Assembly (NCBI GenBank): GCA_002811645.1
Contig: PDIP01000083.1
Location: 73,732-137,731 of the forward strand
Source: Corallochytrium limacisporum Hawaii
Taxonomy: Eukaryota > Protista > Pluriformea
Direction of reading: 5' to 3'
Length of the DNA: 64,000 bases
The position numbers and the translations under genes are program-made. Below the pieces are notes generated by a model. The model saw only the letters and a list, made by a program, of their open reading frames with translations, searched no databases and was not told the DNA's origin. Below, piece by piece: positions 10,552 to 22,800 of this stretch. The number at the start of each line of letters is the position of its first letter. The first letter of the stretch is position 1.

Positions 10552-11937
10552 TCAGTCAATCTTCTTGCCCACAGCGACCACCTCGGGACCTGAAGAGAGT
10601 TCTTTACCGATGCGGTAGGCCACAAAGAGGGTGCTGAGACCAATAAATTGCGTTAGCACGGCAATGGTGGTGGCCAGAGTCTGGTTAGTGGCATCAAAGC
10701 CCATAAAGTCAATCAGAGACTCGCGACCGTACAGACTGGCCACTAATGGCAGGCTGCCCAAGGTCATGAGACGGCCAGCCTCAAGCACCGTGCCGCGCGG
10801 ATCCCGGTCCATCATCATGCCGAAGGACGTCAGAGACCAGAACAACATGGCGCAAATGGCGTAGAACACGTTGGCATCCATGAGACTGCGGTTGTTCATG
10901 GTCACGCTGTATATGACGATCAGGATCGCGAAATGGATGCCGACATAAAGCTGAGTACCGAAGTTCGGCTTGGCGTTGTACTTGGGCTGCGGTGCGTGTA
11001 CGTCAGGGATATCCTCAATCAGACCCGTGCGGGGCTTTCCGGGTGCCCATCCAGGCCCATACATGAAAACCTTAACCTTGTTGAGCAGTCCCGGAGTCTC
11101 GTAGGCAGTCCGGAAGATGTGTACCATGTGTGCGGACTGTGCGGTAATGGGGTTCCAGGTGTTCAGGTTGTGTGTCAGGCCGTACACAACCTCATCCGCT
11201 TCCCATTCAAATGTGTCGAAGATGCGGTCCCAAATAATCAGCGTACCTGCGTAGTTCTTATCGATGCAGTAGCGGTTGGCGCCATGGTGGACGCGGTGGT
11301 GCTTCGGTGTGTTGAGGATATACTCCAACGGACCGAGATTGTCGATCATGCGCGTGTGGATCCAGAACTGGTACAGGGTATTGAACTGTTTGTGGGCCGC
11401 AAACACACTGGGAGGCACGGCGACTCCGAGGGGCAGGTAAAAGATCCACGAAGTCATGGCCTGCCATGCTCCCTGGCGTAGAGCGGTGCTGAGATTGTAC
11501 TCTTCGGAGCTGTGATGGACACTATGACCCGCCCACAAAATGTTGACCTCGTGGGCCATACGGTGGAACCAGTAGTATCCAAAGTCAACGGTCAAAAAGG
11601 CGATCCACCATGTCCAGGCACTATCCCAGGGCAGGTCAATAAAGTGAATGTAAGGGTAGACCACAAGATACATGACCAAATCCAGGTTCTTGACCAGGGC
11701 GCTGCAAATCTGCTGGAACATTCCCTGGCTTATCGAACTGAATCCGTCATTAAAACGGTAGTACTGCTTGCCCTCCACAGAGCTCACAATGATCTCCATA
11801 ATCATCATGATAATGAAGAACGGGGTTGCTTGTGCGATGTAGTTCGGTACATCCTCAAGGTTCTCCTTTGCCTCACTGGGTCCCATCAAATAAAACATGG
11901 GCCGAAATCCTTCGGCCAGTCCCTGCAGAACCTCCAT
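10552..11937 (-). CDS. AGMO: Alkylglycerol monooxygenase (fatty acid hydroxylase superfamily)
   Basis: Eight-His motif: YYWFHRMAHE, HSVHHSSEEYNLSTALRQ, QFWIHT, HHRVHHG, plus DKNYAGTLIIWDRIF; multiple TM helices. Confidence 0.93.
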   Translation of the reverse strand: MEVLQGLAEGFRPMFYLMGPSEAKENLEDVPNYIAQATPFFIIMMIMEIIVSSVEGKQYYRFNDGFSSISQGMFQQICSALVKNLDLVMYLVVYPYIHFIDLPWDSAWTWWIAFLTVDFGYYWFHRMAHEVNILWAGHSVHHSSEEYNLSTALRQGAWQAMTSWIFYLPLGVAVPPSVFAAHKQFNTLYQFWIHTRMIDNLGPLEYILNTPKHHRVHHGANRYCIDKNYAGTLIIWDRIFDTFEWEADEVVYGLTHNLNTWNPITAQSAHMVHIFRTAYETPGLLNKVKVFMYGPGWAPGKPRTGLIEDIPDVHAPQPKYNAKPNFGTQLYVGIHFAILIVIYSVTMNNRSLMDANVFYAICAMLFWSLTSFGMMMDRDPRGTVLEAGRLMTLGSLPLVASLYGRESLIDFMGFDATNQTLATTIAVLTQFIGLSTLFVAYRIGKELSSGPEVVAVGKKID

Positions 11938-12040
11938 GGTTGCTATATTTCCGTGTGTTAAAGAATTTGCGTTGGTTAGGTGACCTGCAAAGGTTCTCGT
12001 CGTTCATTCTAGTGAACTCAAGATGAGACCGAGTGGCCTC

Positions 12041-12050
12041 TTTTTATATA
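12041..12050 (-). promoter_or_regulatory. Probable TATA box of AGMO
   Basis: TATATAAAAA on the minus strand, about 105 nt upstream of the AGMO ATG. Confidence 0.5.
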
Positions 12051-14005
12051 CCTCAATTTATACGTCACAGCCCGAATAAGTTCCAGAGCCGCGGGCCAGC
12101 GACGGTCCTTAATATTTGTGCGCACTTTATTAACCACGCATAAACCACAGCTACCACTCTAGCCATCGAAGGTAGGCTTGTCGGAGCATTGCGGATACAT
12201 CACTAACCCACTGGGCGATTCTACTCCAGAGCCAATGATAAAGTGCCATTACCTGCGCACCACTTTGTTGCGTGCCGTATTGTGCGCTTCTTATCTCCAC
12301 ACACACACTCTCTCTCCACCCGTGCGTGCGGATCTGGCTAAAAGAGCGTGCCTCCCGTGGGTTGCTATCAGCAGTCACGGAAGAAACTCGGAACTCAGAG
12401 CTATTGCGCACATTTGGTCACACCTGCTCTTGCACTCCTGCTCCGGGTGATACGCGTATTCGATTTAAGGTCCAACACTGACGACGGGGGAAAAGGAATT
12501 GTGTGCTTTTGTACTACCGTCGCCTTCAACAACCGCGCTATGAATTTACTAGGCGGTCCCCCCCCTTGCTCTGCCCCGATGCCAGCAAGGCATGACACCT
12601 GACCTGAGTTACGATGAAACTCGCCGCCAAAGGGGAAAAGAGATAACTTTTTTTTCTCTTGGCCGGGCAAGGAAAAACGGGGGCAGGACATTTGCGGAAT
12701 TTGGCTGTATTTCAGTCGGTTCGAATGCTGGGGGAAGGGAGAGAGTCACCGAGCAAGTAAACTACGTCCCCCGGGGCCACACAAGAAAATGGGCCAGGGT
12801 GGGCAAAGGGAAGGAAATATAACATACTGACTATTTTGAATATAGGCCATTGATGGAAAGCTTGGAATATCCAATTGTTTACGCTCTAGTGATATAATTA
12901 TATACTTTTTCTTTGAAAATACCACTACAGCTTCGAAAGCAAAATCAAGAGCGAGAGACGAGGTGAGACATGGGCGGGCCCGGTTGAGATTTTTGTTTTT
13001 TTTTATTTCCGACGGTCAAGAAATTATCAAGCGTCGCTTGACTATGCAAAATGTACCACTCCTAAAAACCCACTACCTCGACAAACGGCCAGATTCGTTT
13101 CGAGAACCAGAAGAAACGGATCAGAAAGAAACCCGCTGGGAACCCAACGCAAGCCCCCCCCCCGGGGGGCAAAACACCGGTGATTTGTGTGCGCGACGCG
13201 AATGAGCTCAAGTGGCAGGCAGAGAGAAGCCTAAAAGCAGCCGAAAGTTGCGCAACGATCCCCGGTGCTCCTGCTCACGCCCCGCCCCCCCCCCCCTTCT
13301 CTTCTCCTTTTTTTCGTTTTGGCCCCGCTTACGCCGGCGTTTCCGCGAAAGCAAAACTCTCAAATTTTCGCAGACGGTGGTGGTGGGTTTATTCGGGGCC
13401 AACAAGGCCCTTGTCACGGGAAGAGGGTAGGGGGGGGGAAGGATTGCTACGGCCGTTCTCAAAATCTTCGTTTTAATTTTCTCCATTATTTTACTTAATC
13501 CTCTTCCTCTCCTTTTTAATTCTACCGCGGCTCTTCGGGTGCTGAGGGGCCGTCGTGCTCTTGTGCGAGGGGCGGGCGAGTCCTCGGGTAAAAGGTCCGA
13601 GGACCGCTAAGGGAGCAGGAAAAGGGGGCCTAATTTTCCTGGCCGTCTGATCAATTCCGTATTGTTGGTGGAAGGCGTGTGTATGAGAGAGAAGACGGGA
13701 GTCCAATATATTGCCCTTGCGTGACGCCCGGAGTCTGGCTGGCTGGGTGTTGGTCAACATCTGCGGTGACGAAATCTGCTTTCTACGAATTCCGGATCTG
13801 TGTTTTCGGCCGAACTGGGGGACTCCTTTACGTTAAAGCAGAGGAAAAGTACTGGTGAAGTGATAGAAATATCGGGCTCAGCACGTTGTCATACATTGAA
13901 TCACCTGGTATGGCTACTTCAAGTGCTCTGCTTCGGGTGCATGCTGCAAAATGCGCGTGCCAGCATCTAGACACTAATAGTGTGCATAAGGTAGTGAAAG
14001 GTATC

Positions 14006-14980
14006 ATGGCAATCGGAAAGACTGTGTGCGTCAGTGGAGCCAGTGGCTTCATTGCCGTTTTCCTCGTAAAGCAGCTTCTTGAGCGCGGCTATGTGGTCCA
14101 CGGTACGGTGCGGTCTCTGAGCAATGCAAACAAGCTGAAGCCCCTGACGACCTTGCCAGGTGCTGACAAGAACCTCAAACTGTTCGAAGCCGATTTGCTT
14201 AAGGACGGCAGCTTCCAGGAGGCCCTCAAGGGCTGCGATGGTGCATTCCACACTGATTCTCCTTTCTTCTTTGAAGTCAAGGATGACGAGGACGCTCAGA
14301 AGAGCCTACTTGATCCCGCAGTTCAAGGCACTAAGAACTTCCTGAATGGTGCAGCGGAGGCTGGTGTGAAGCGCATCGTACTAACCAGTTCCATTGCAGC
14401 TGTATACTTCAGGCCACAGCAATCAGGCCTTGCTCCTGACATCTGGAGCGATGTTGAATGGATGCGGTCGAAGAAACTGTGGTATCATCTGTCCAAGACT
14501 CTCGCAGAAAGGGAAGCCTGGGATATTGCTAAGACGCGTGGCCTCGACTTGCGTGTTATCAACCCGGGTATGGTGCTGGGACCTTTGCTTACCCCTCACC
14601 TGAATACTTCGCACGAAGTCTGCGCCAACTATCTGAATGGTGTCACGCCGAAGATCCCGAATGCTATCATGTCAGCAGTTGATGTCCGCGATGTGGCAGA
14701 AGGACATATCCTGGCATACGAAAAAGAGACCACGGGACGGCACATCTGCGTCTCTGAAAGCGTGACCATGGAGGCCTTCTTCAAGATTCTACGCAGCCAA
14801 GCGGGTGAGCATGGCAAGAAAGGTGCCTTGGAAGTCGCAAGAAAGGAAGGACAGCCCCTGGTTGAACCCATGGGCCTCGACAATCAGAAGCTTCGTGACT
14901 TAGGTGTCGACTTTAGCAAACTGCCCGAGATGTGTAAGGCCACCGTTGATGCTCTGGTCGAAAAGAACTTCCTCAAATGA
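14006..14980 (+). CDS. NAD(P)-dependent extended SDR, cinnamoyl-CoA/dihydroflavonol reductase-like aldehyde reductase
   Basis: VCVSGASGFIA Rossmann motif, VLTSSIAAV, catalytic WYHLSKTLAE (YxxxK), VDVRDVAEGH; start set at the ATG just before the Rossmann motif. Confidence 0.88.
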   Translation: MAIGKTVCVSGASGFIAVFLVKQLLERGYVVHGTVRSLSNANKLKPLTTLPGADKNLKLFEADLLKDGSFQEALKGCDGAFHTDSPFFFEVKDDEDAQKSLLDPAVQGTKNFLNGAAEAGVKRIVLTSSIAAVYFRPQQSGLAPDIWSDVEWMRSKKLWYHLSKTLAEREAWDIAKTRGLDLRVINPGMVLGPLLTPHLNTSHEVCANYLNGVTPKIPNAIMSAVDVRDVAEGHILAYEKETTGRHICVSESVTMEAFFKILRSQAGEHGKKGALEVARKEGQPLVEPMGLDNQKLRDLGVDFSKLPEMCKATVDALVEKNFLK

Positions 14981-16020
14981 ACTCGGAGAATGCAGAGTAC
15001 CGAAAGTACATCAACACGATAATCACATACGCACACACCTAAGCAGTAATACAAGTTCGTTCAAGTATCGTCGCGTCCACAAGAACCCACAGGTGATCCC
15101 AATCATTACCCATCCCCGACCGTCAACCCCACCTTTTTCTTGTGTACGAACTCTAACTCATGGGTTCAAATCCTGTTGACGATGTATTGTGGGTTCAGTT
15201 ATAACAAACACTGAGTAGAAAGTGGTGGTTTGCCGTATAAAGCCGCGAAGTTCACAGCGCACGCACAGCGGCTCGCTCTCTCTCTCTCTCTCACTCTCTT
15301 TCTCTGTCTCTGGGGCCCCCTATCTCTTTCAGTCTGTTTCGGCTTCTCCAGAGTGGTCTGGCTCGTCCTGTGATCGGGTGTCCACCCTTTTGCCGTCTGG
15401 GGACCCCAGTCTTTGCTCTCCCTCCACTTCCCACCCTACAAACCAGTCCTTCCCACCTCTTCTCCCCCCCCCAATGGATGTTACACCATCCATTCAAAAG
15501 GCAAATGGTGAAACATCAGATGATGTGCATGGTCCTATGGTACCATATACGAAGGTTCTCCTACCCAACAGCCATGCAACAGACTGTAGTTTCATGTGAG
15601 TTCTCAATTACAAAGTTCCGTTAGGAACCAACTCTTGTGTAACGGGCTCTTTGCCTTTTGGTGTTAACGGTGGTATTCCATTCGCTGGTTCAATTTGAAT
15701 TGCTCCCGTCACACCAACAATGAATTCCCTTTGCTACCAAACGACGCAACAAAAAAAGGGAACACCAACACCCATGCCCACCTGACCAAACTGTACAAGT
15801 ATAAACCCCTGTTGCCCGTCCAGACGAACAATTGGAAAAAAAAAGGACAACAAATCGAAACACACACTCTCAACGGGCACGAGGCAACAACAATATGTAA
15901 TACTCAACAACACACACGCACCCTTAACGGCACGGGGACCGGGTTCTCCTGAGAATTAAAGGGGGAGGGGGGGGGAGGGAAGAGGGGTTGGTCCCCCCGC
16001 CCGCCTCTGCGCTCTCTCCC

Positions 16021-16041
16021 TCTCTCTCTCTCTCTCTCTCT
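16021..16041. repeat. (TC)n microsatellite
   Basis: About 10 TC units; similar tracts at 1291-1310 (GA) and 15277-15291. Confidence 0.8.
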
Positions 16042-16440
16042 GTCTCTGTCTACCGCGCCACCAACCAAAGCCCCGTCTTCCATCTTTTACTGTGGCTTTG
16101 GTAGCAGCAGGAGCAGCAGCAGCAGTTTTTTTTGTTTTTAGAGAGAGGAAATTTGAGAACCCTTGGGTGTGGGGCCCATACCGTACCGAAAAGCGGTAAA
16201 AGAATTTTTTTCTTCGTCGTCCCCACATCAAACTTGCATGCTTGTTGGCCGGCCCGGTGTTCTTTCTTGCTTAGAGGCTGTGTGGCAGATGGCATGGGGT
16301 CATTAGCGTTCCGAAAAACTCCACGTATATTTTTTCTTTGTTTTCGCTTTTTTTTCGCTGGTTGTTGATTGGTTTTTTAATATCTCTCCGTTCGGTTGGT
16401 GGGCAGGGGAATTAAAACAAAAAGGGGGGGGGGGGAGATT

Positions 16441-16531
16441 GCCCTTGCATTAATACTGAAAATTGGGCCGGGAGACCGAACGGGAAGAAAAAAAGTGTAC
16501 AAGGCTTCCAAAGCTCCGGTGTGGTCTTGGG
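16441..16531 (+). repeat. Intergenic direct repeat, copy 2
   Basis: Identical to 7348-7438; abuts the N gap at 16532-16874. Confidence 0.85.
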
Positions 16532-17638
16532 NNNNNNNNNNNNNNNNNNNNNNNNNNNNNNNNNNNNNNNNNNNNNNNNNNNNNNNNNNNNNNNNNNNNN
16601 NNNNNNNNNNNNNNNNNNNNNNNNNNNNNNNNNNNNNNNNNNNNNNNNNNNNNNNNNNNNNNNNNNNNNNNNNNNNNNNNNNNNNNNNNNNNNNNNNNNN
16701 NNNNNNNNNNNNNNNNNNNNNNNNNNNNNNNNNNNNNNNNNNNNNNNNNNNNNNNNNNNNNNNNNNNNNNNNNNNNNNNNNNNNNNNNNNNNNNNNNNNN
16801 NNNNNNNNNNNNNNNNNNNNNNNNNNNNNNNNNNNNNNNNNNNNNNNNNNNNNNNNNNNNNNNNNNNNNNNNNNGAGGGAGGGAAGGGGGGGCGCTGTTG
16901 TGTGAGGTGGGGACGATGACACTTTCAAACAGGAGCGGTTGTGTTTTCACTTTACACCAACGGTGCCTGGCCATTCTGACAGAAAAGTGACCTACCTCCA
17001 CCTCCCCTTCCAAGGGCGGTGGGGCTCGTCCACCCGGTTTTGCTGGCGAAGACGTCAGGGTCGCCCCCTCCCCCCCCTCCCTCTCTCCTGCAGGGGTCCC
17101 CACCCCAGGAAGGTGGTCCGCCGCAACTGGAGAGGACTCGCCCCTCCCGGGAACGGGCTTGAATGTTTCGCTTTTTTTTGGCCCATTTCGCCGTTCGGGC
17201 CGTTCGGTCTTTTGCCGAACACAGTCGGCGCAGAATCAAACATGGATCTCATGCGCTCAACCAGTTCTCCACTGGGACGGAGGACGCAACAGCGGGATTG
17301 TGCGTTACACACAAATATACAATAAATGGCTCGAAATTTACATTTAACAGTATTGAGCTGTTTCGTCAGAGGTCGTGTCATGAGATATCCTAGCGTCGGC
17401 GCTGGTATGAGAATCCCCACTTCAATTGTATTTCCAAAACAGTGGAAAGCAATCCCTGTGAAACGAGTATTGGGGTTAATTGCTCTATGACAGACTGCTG
17501 TTGACACAAGTGCATAGGAATCAAGGTACCTGCTGACGAAGGGAAGTAAAGGAGGATATACGTCACAGTGATCTGACTTGGAACACTGAAATTTGAAATA
17601 GAATAAGGGAAGACAGACAAAGTAAAGCAGACTAAACC

Positions 17639-19546
17639 ATGTCGAAAAAGGTGCTTCGTTCTGTGAAGAACACCTACAAAGGTTACTCTCAAATTGAACA
17701 GTTGGTTCGTGAGGCAACCAGCAATGATCCTACCGGTGCCAAGGGGACCTACCTGGCCCAGATTGCCAACGCCACGTACAACCATTTGGAATATCCCAAG
17801 ATCATGAACATTTTGTACAAGCGGCTCAACGACTCGGGCAAGAATTGGAGACACGTGTACAAGTCACTTGTACTCTACGACTATCTCATCAAGAACGGTG
17901 CCAGCCGCGTCGTGGACGAAGCTAAATCGAACCAGTATGTCATTCGGACCTTGCACGATTTCCAGTACGTTGACCCGGTGAACGGCAAAGACGTCGGGTT
18001 CAATGTCCGTGAACGGGCCAAGCAGCTCACAGCACTGCTCAACGATGATGAGCGCTTGAAGGAAGAGCGCCAGCGAGCCGACCGCACACGTGAACGCATG
18101 CGTTCAGCGGGTCAGGAGGGATACGGCTTCGGATCCGATGCCGTCCTCGGCGACGGCGGTCAGCTTGCGCACTCGCACCGTGGACACACGTCGCGGGGTC
18201 CGTACGTGCCGGACGGACGTACTGCGCGTCGTACCAACCCGGACGAGCCATCCAACGCCTACGAAGAGCAAGCACAGTTGGAGCGTGCGCTTGAATTGTC
18301 GAGACACGAGGACGGTTCGGCGCCGCCGGCACCTGCCACCCGGGCCAGTCTTGGGGATCCGAACTTGAGCGAGGAGGAGCAGCTGCGGCGGGCTATTGAA
18401 ATTTCCAAGCAGGAGGCCCAGGCACAGGGCATCCGCACCTCTGGCGCTGTGCCTGCTGGTGCCCCCGCTCAGCAGCAGCCGGCGGGCATGGGCGACCTGC
18501 TAGACCTAGAGCCCCCGAACGGATGGGGCGAGGAGGCCGGTGACAAGGATCCCTTCGGTGGCAATGCCTTTGGTGGCCCATCGAGCAGCAATCAGCAGAG
18601 CAACGATCCCTTCGGAGGATCCGCTTGGGGGGGTCAGCAACAGCCTCAGCAGCAGCAGCAGCAGCAGCAGAACGCCTTCAATAACGATCCTTGGGGAGGA
18701 AGCAGTGTTTCGCAGCAACCAATGCAGCAGCAGCAGCAGCAACCAATGCAGCAGAACAACATTTATGGCAACCAGTCTGCGTTTGGCAACGACGTCTGGG
18801 GTGGTCAGCAGTCGCAGACCATGCAGCAACCGGCCTCCAACGGGGGCGCTGCTTTTGGCGGCAGCCATGTGCCTCCGGGTGTGTCCGGAGCGAACCAGCA
18901 GCTCGGTGACATTCTCACTGGCGGACAGGCCTCAATGAACAACGGCAACAATGCCGGAGGGGCCAGCTCCGGTGGGGACATTTGGGGTGGTGAGGGTGAC
19001 GTTTGGGGTGGCGCAAGCACCGGTGGTAAGAAGCCCGAGGAGGAGAAGAAGAAGGATATTTGGAGCAGTGACCTCGTTAACCTCGACACGTTGTCCACTT
19101 CCGGCCCTACCACCGGTGTGACCGGTGGGTACAATAGTGTCAATCCATTCAAGGGTGGCCAATCCATGGGCATGAACATGGGCACTGGCGGTACGTGGGC
19201 CGGCATGCAGGGCAAGCCAGCCAACAACCCGTTTCAACAGCAGAAGCAGGCGGGTCCGACTATCAACGAGCTGCGGGGTCAGCAGGACATGACTGGCACC
19301 ACTCTGCCTCCATCTCTGATCCCAGACTCAAGCAAGCAGGTTGCTCCCCAGACCTTCGGCGGCTATGGACAACCGCAGATGGGCGGCTATGGTGGCATGC
19401 CTCAACAGCAGCAGCAACCAGGACAGTACGGAAACGTGCCCGCGTTCCAGCAGCCACAGCAGAGCATGAGTGGCTACGGCCAGCCCCAGCAGACCATGGG
19501 TGGCTATGGACAACAGCAGGGTGGCTTCAATCCGTTCGCACAATGA
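17639..19546 (+). CDS. EPN: Epsin (ENTH domain, 2 UIMs, DPF/DPW, clathrin boxes, NPF motifs)
   Basis: ENTH VREATSNDP...KNWRHVYKSL...NVRERAKQL; UIMs EEQAQLERALELS and EEEQLRRAIEIS; DLLDLE, DLVNLD; three NPF; poly-Q. Confidence 0.95.
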   Translation: MSKKVLRSVKNTYKGYSQIEQLVREATSNDPTGAKGTYLAQIANATYNHLEYPKIMNILYKRLNDSGKNWRHVYKSLVLYDYLIKNGASRVVDEAKSNQYVIRTLHDFQYVDPVNGKDVGFNVRERAKQLTALLNDDERLKEERQRADRTRERMRSAGQEGYGFGSDAVLGDGGQLAHSHRGHTSRGPYVPDGRTARRTNPDEPSNAYEEQAQLERALELSRHEDGSAPPAPATRASLGDPNLSEEEQLRRAIEISKQEAQAQGIRTSGAVPAGAPAQQQPAGMGDLLDLEPPNGWGEEAGDKDPFGGNAFGGPSSSNQQSNDPFGGSAWGGQQQPQQQQQQQQNAFNNDPWGGSSVSQQPMQQQQQQPMQQNNIYGNQSAFGNDVWGGQQSQTMQQPASNGGAAFGGSHVPPGVSGANQQLGDILTGGQASMNNGNNAGGASSGGDIWGGEGDVWGGASTGGKKPEEEKKKDIWSSDLVNLDTLSTSGPTTGVTGGYNSVNPFKGGQSMGMNMGTGGTWAGMQGKPANNPFQQQKQAGPTINELRGQQDMTGTTLPPSLIPDSSKQVAPQTFGGYGQPQMGGYGGMPQQQQQPGQYGNVPAFQQPQQSMSGYGQPQQTMGGYGQQQGGFNPFAQ

Positions 19547-19818
19547 ATTTTGACACATTCCTTCGAGCATTGTTCACAGGCGAGAACCAACAAGAGAACC
19601 CTTTGTCATGCACAGAATTAAGCACAGTTCATACCATACAAGCATCACTTCTCTCCGCAAAGCAAAAAACGGATCTACACTTAAGACATTCTTCTCATAA
19701 AATACAATCCCTTTTGTTTTTCTTTTCATGTCGGTTATTTGAACTTAATTGGTAACGATATTGGTGTACATCTCCATTCGCACATTTATTGGCATTTGTC
19801 CGCTATCTGCCTTTTTCG

Positions 19819-22800
19819 TCAGTCTGACTTATTGCTGCTATCGCTAAACCGGGTTGATGTCCCAGAGAAGTTAGTAAAGTATCCAGCCGTGTCCATGCGA
19901 GGCGATCGCGGCCGTTCGACAGCACTGGGTGCCGTGCCACGCGGACCAGCACCAAAGGACGCGAGCTGTTCTGATGACGAAGTGGCCGCCCGCTGCTCAC
20001 TAGATGCATGGCTATGGACCGGCGCTCCAGTCAAGCCGCCGCTGCTTTCAGATGCCACGTCAAAAAGCGGCTGCCATGTTGAGGGCACAGAAGCCGCACT
20101 GCTGGTAGCACTCTCTTCGCGGCTCGAGGCATTGAATAGCGATCCACTGAAGAGCGATTGCGATCCACCGTAGCCGGCGTCGTAGGCGGGCTGTGGCGGA
20201 ACCGCGGGCCGCTGGTGGTTGTATCCGCTTCTGTAACCGCGTTGCCCTCCTGCGTACGCGTCATAGTCGCCGTAGCCTCCTCCGCGTCCATGCCCACTGT
20301 CTAGATACGCGTATGGGTCGTAGGACTGCTGCTGGTGCTGGTGCTGGCGCTGGTGCTGTTGTTGGTGCGGGCGTCCATAGCCATGCGTTGGGACACCTGT
20401 GTGGGAACGGAACTGCGATGGTGGGTGATGGAGCTGGTCGCTGTAGTTGCCAACTGAGTAGTTAGGCGCTGGTGTGTGCTGCTGCTGCGTGAGCTGCTTC
20501 CTTTCTGCGCCCGGTGCAGCGCTGCTGCGCTGGTAGCCGAGTGTATCATGCTGGTGTGATGACTGCTGCTGCTGGGGGAAGAGGCCAGTGCCGTTGACAT
20601 CGCCAAAGAGGGAGTCCGAATACGAGTCCTGTAGGGCGTTGGAACCCCACAAATGGTGCCGCTGCTGCAACGGTTGGGCCTTCTGCAGAGACAGAGATGG
20701 CAAGGTGTCAAGTGGAGACACGGACGAAGATGGTGGCGCAGCGTCGTGACGCGCGTCGGGAGCTGTGGAGTGCACACGGGTGCGGTTGCCACGCTGTTGG
20801 CGGTGTTGCTTGTCGACATCACTGTTCTTGCTCTCGCCTTGCGATCCGACCGGTGGCTGCGGCCTCGTCTTGCCTGCAGAGGGTCTACCACTTTGCCATG
20901 ACTTCATTGTCTGGCCCTTGACATCGCCCTTTCCACCCTTTGCACGCGAGGATGATGCGATCGGCTTGGACGTGCCTTTCAGAGTTTCGGGAGGATGGGT
21001 AGCTGCGGTGGCCCCTGGAGAAGGCACTGCGGACCTCGGTTTCACAGAGCTGGCACTCAGAGGCTTCACCCAGGCTGATTTTGTCGGTGCAGGGGCCGGC
21101 ATGGCACTGGTAACCGGACTCGTCACTTCTGTGGCTACAGATGACGCGTGCTTGCGGTTCGGCGGCTTGGAAGCTGCCGTGAAGTCCCGGTCCTTACGAG
21201 AGCGGTCCTTGGTCACAGATTTATTGCCCCGAACGCCATCACGGGGTGGTGCAGTCTTGGCCACAGATCCCTTGTGATCACGCTGAACTTGTTGCTGCTG
21301 TTGTTTCGACGTCTGTTGTCCCTTCCTTGTCTCCGAATCTCTGTGCCTCACCGTAGAAACCCCATTGACTTGGCCCGATACCTTCTTTATCTCCGCAGCA
21401 GCTTTAGGTTGCCGCGGTTGCTGTTGCTTTTTCTCTTCCTTAGCGAATTTGTTGCTATCTGACACCACAGTTTTTGAAGTAGCTATAGTAGCTGTGGATT
21501 TTGGCGACTCCGGCTTGGTCTTCTTGCGATTGCGCTTCGATACCGAGTGGGCCGTTGAAATCGGTGACGTGGCCGTGGTAGCCTCTACAGCGGAGGGAAC
21601 CGAATCGGCGGTCTCAGAGTTCTCTGAGCTAGGACTCTGTGGCGGGCTGGCGCTCACACTGTCCCCGGACTCTATGCTCTCCTGCACGCTCTCAGAGGTC
21701 GGGCTCGAGTTCGGCGAATCGCTTAGCTCAAGCGTAGGAACACATTCCTTTCCTTCTGCGGCCTCTGCCTCAATATCTTCGTGTTCCTCGTCCGATTCTC
21801 TTTCTTGTATGACCTCATCTAACTTTGCTCCGTTCTCGTTTACTTGGTCCTGGACGGTGGGCTCTACTATGTCCACCGCCTCCTTCATCTTTGACATCTC
21901 TAGGCCCAAAGATTCGGGTCTCACGACGGCAGCTTGGGGTTTCTTCTGCTGAAGTAGCACATTTCGGAACTTCTGCAGTGTATCGTGGGGCATAAAGGGC
22001 AAAACACTGAAGCCTCCAACAAGCAACACCACGCACAGATGAACCAAGAAGAGTGTCTTCTGCAAAGACCTTTCGAGTCCCTCGGCCGCTTCGTGATCGC
22101 AGTGCTGAGCCGCCGTCTCCGCGATGTGTGCCGAAATAGGCATCGCGACTTCGTGGCCTGATGTGAGCTTCAGTGTCAGTGAATCGTTCCACAATAGGGA
22201 GTTCACATGCGTTGCATCAAAGGAAATGTAGATCTGCAGAATCTCACCAGGTGCCACAGTCCTATGAGTTCCTGTGACGCAAGGAAAGAGTGTAAAGCCC
22301 GCACTGCCCTCCTTGCCACATTTGCCGTCAGCAAGAGAGAGTGTGGTGACTACGACTTGTTCAGAATCGGTGTTCCGGAACGGTAGATTCACAGACTTAT
22401 GCAGGCATGAGGTCTGTGGGAACTGTAGACCCTGAATAGTGGGCAATTCTTCTTTGCTCGGACTGTCGACCGCGAGGTGCAATGCTGGCAGGGCCGGATC
22501 ATACCCGGTGCGTAACTCTTCCACCACTAATGGCATTGGTTTCGAAATGGCTTCATAGAAGACATCAACCAAGTCTATGCCATTCAGACCATTATGAATC
22601 AGCAAGACGTCGTGGTACTTGGTAGAGGGCGGCAGATTTGGCGCCGGTAAGATCTTCAGGGTTAAGTCCATGCCAGAGCCGAGCTGTAAAGGGGCGAGAG
22701 TGTCATTAACACGGTCCCCTAGCTGGGTGCGCAAGTGATCCGCACTGATGCAAAAGAATCGAGACTTGCCAACGTTGGGTATGGTGCCATGGGGACATAC

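Noticed and set aside
15160-15181. Perfect B-box GGTTCAAATCC
   Set aside because: No A-box, D arm or anticodon arm, so not a tRNA; at most an isolated TFIIIC site
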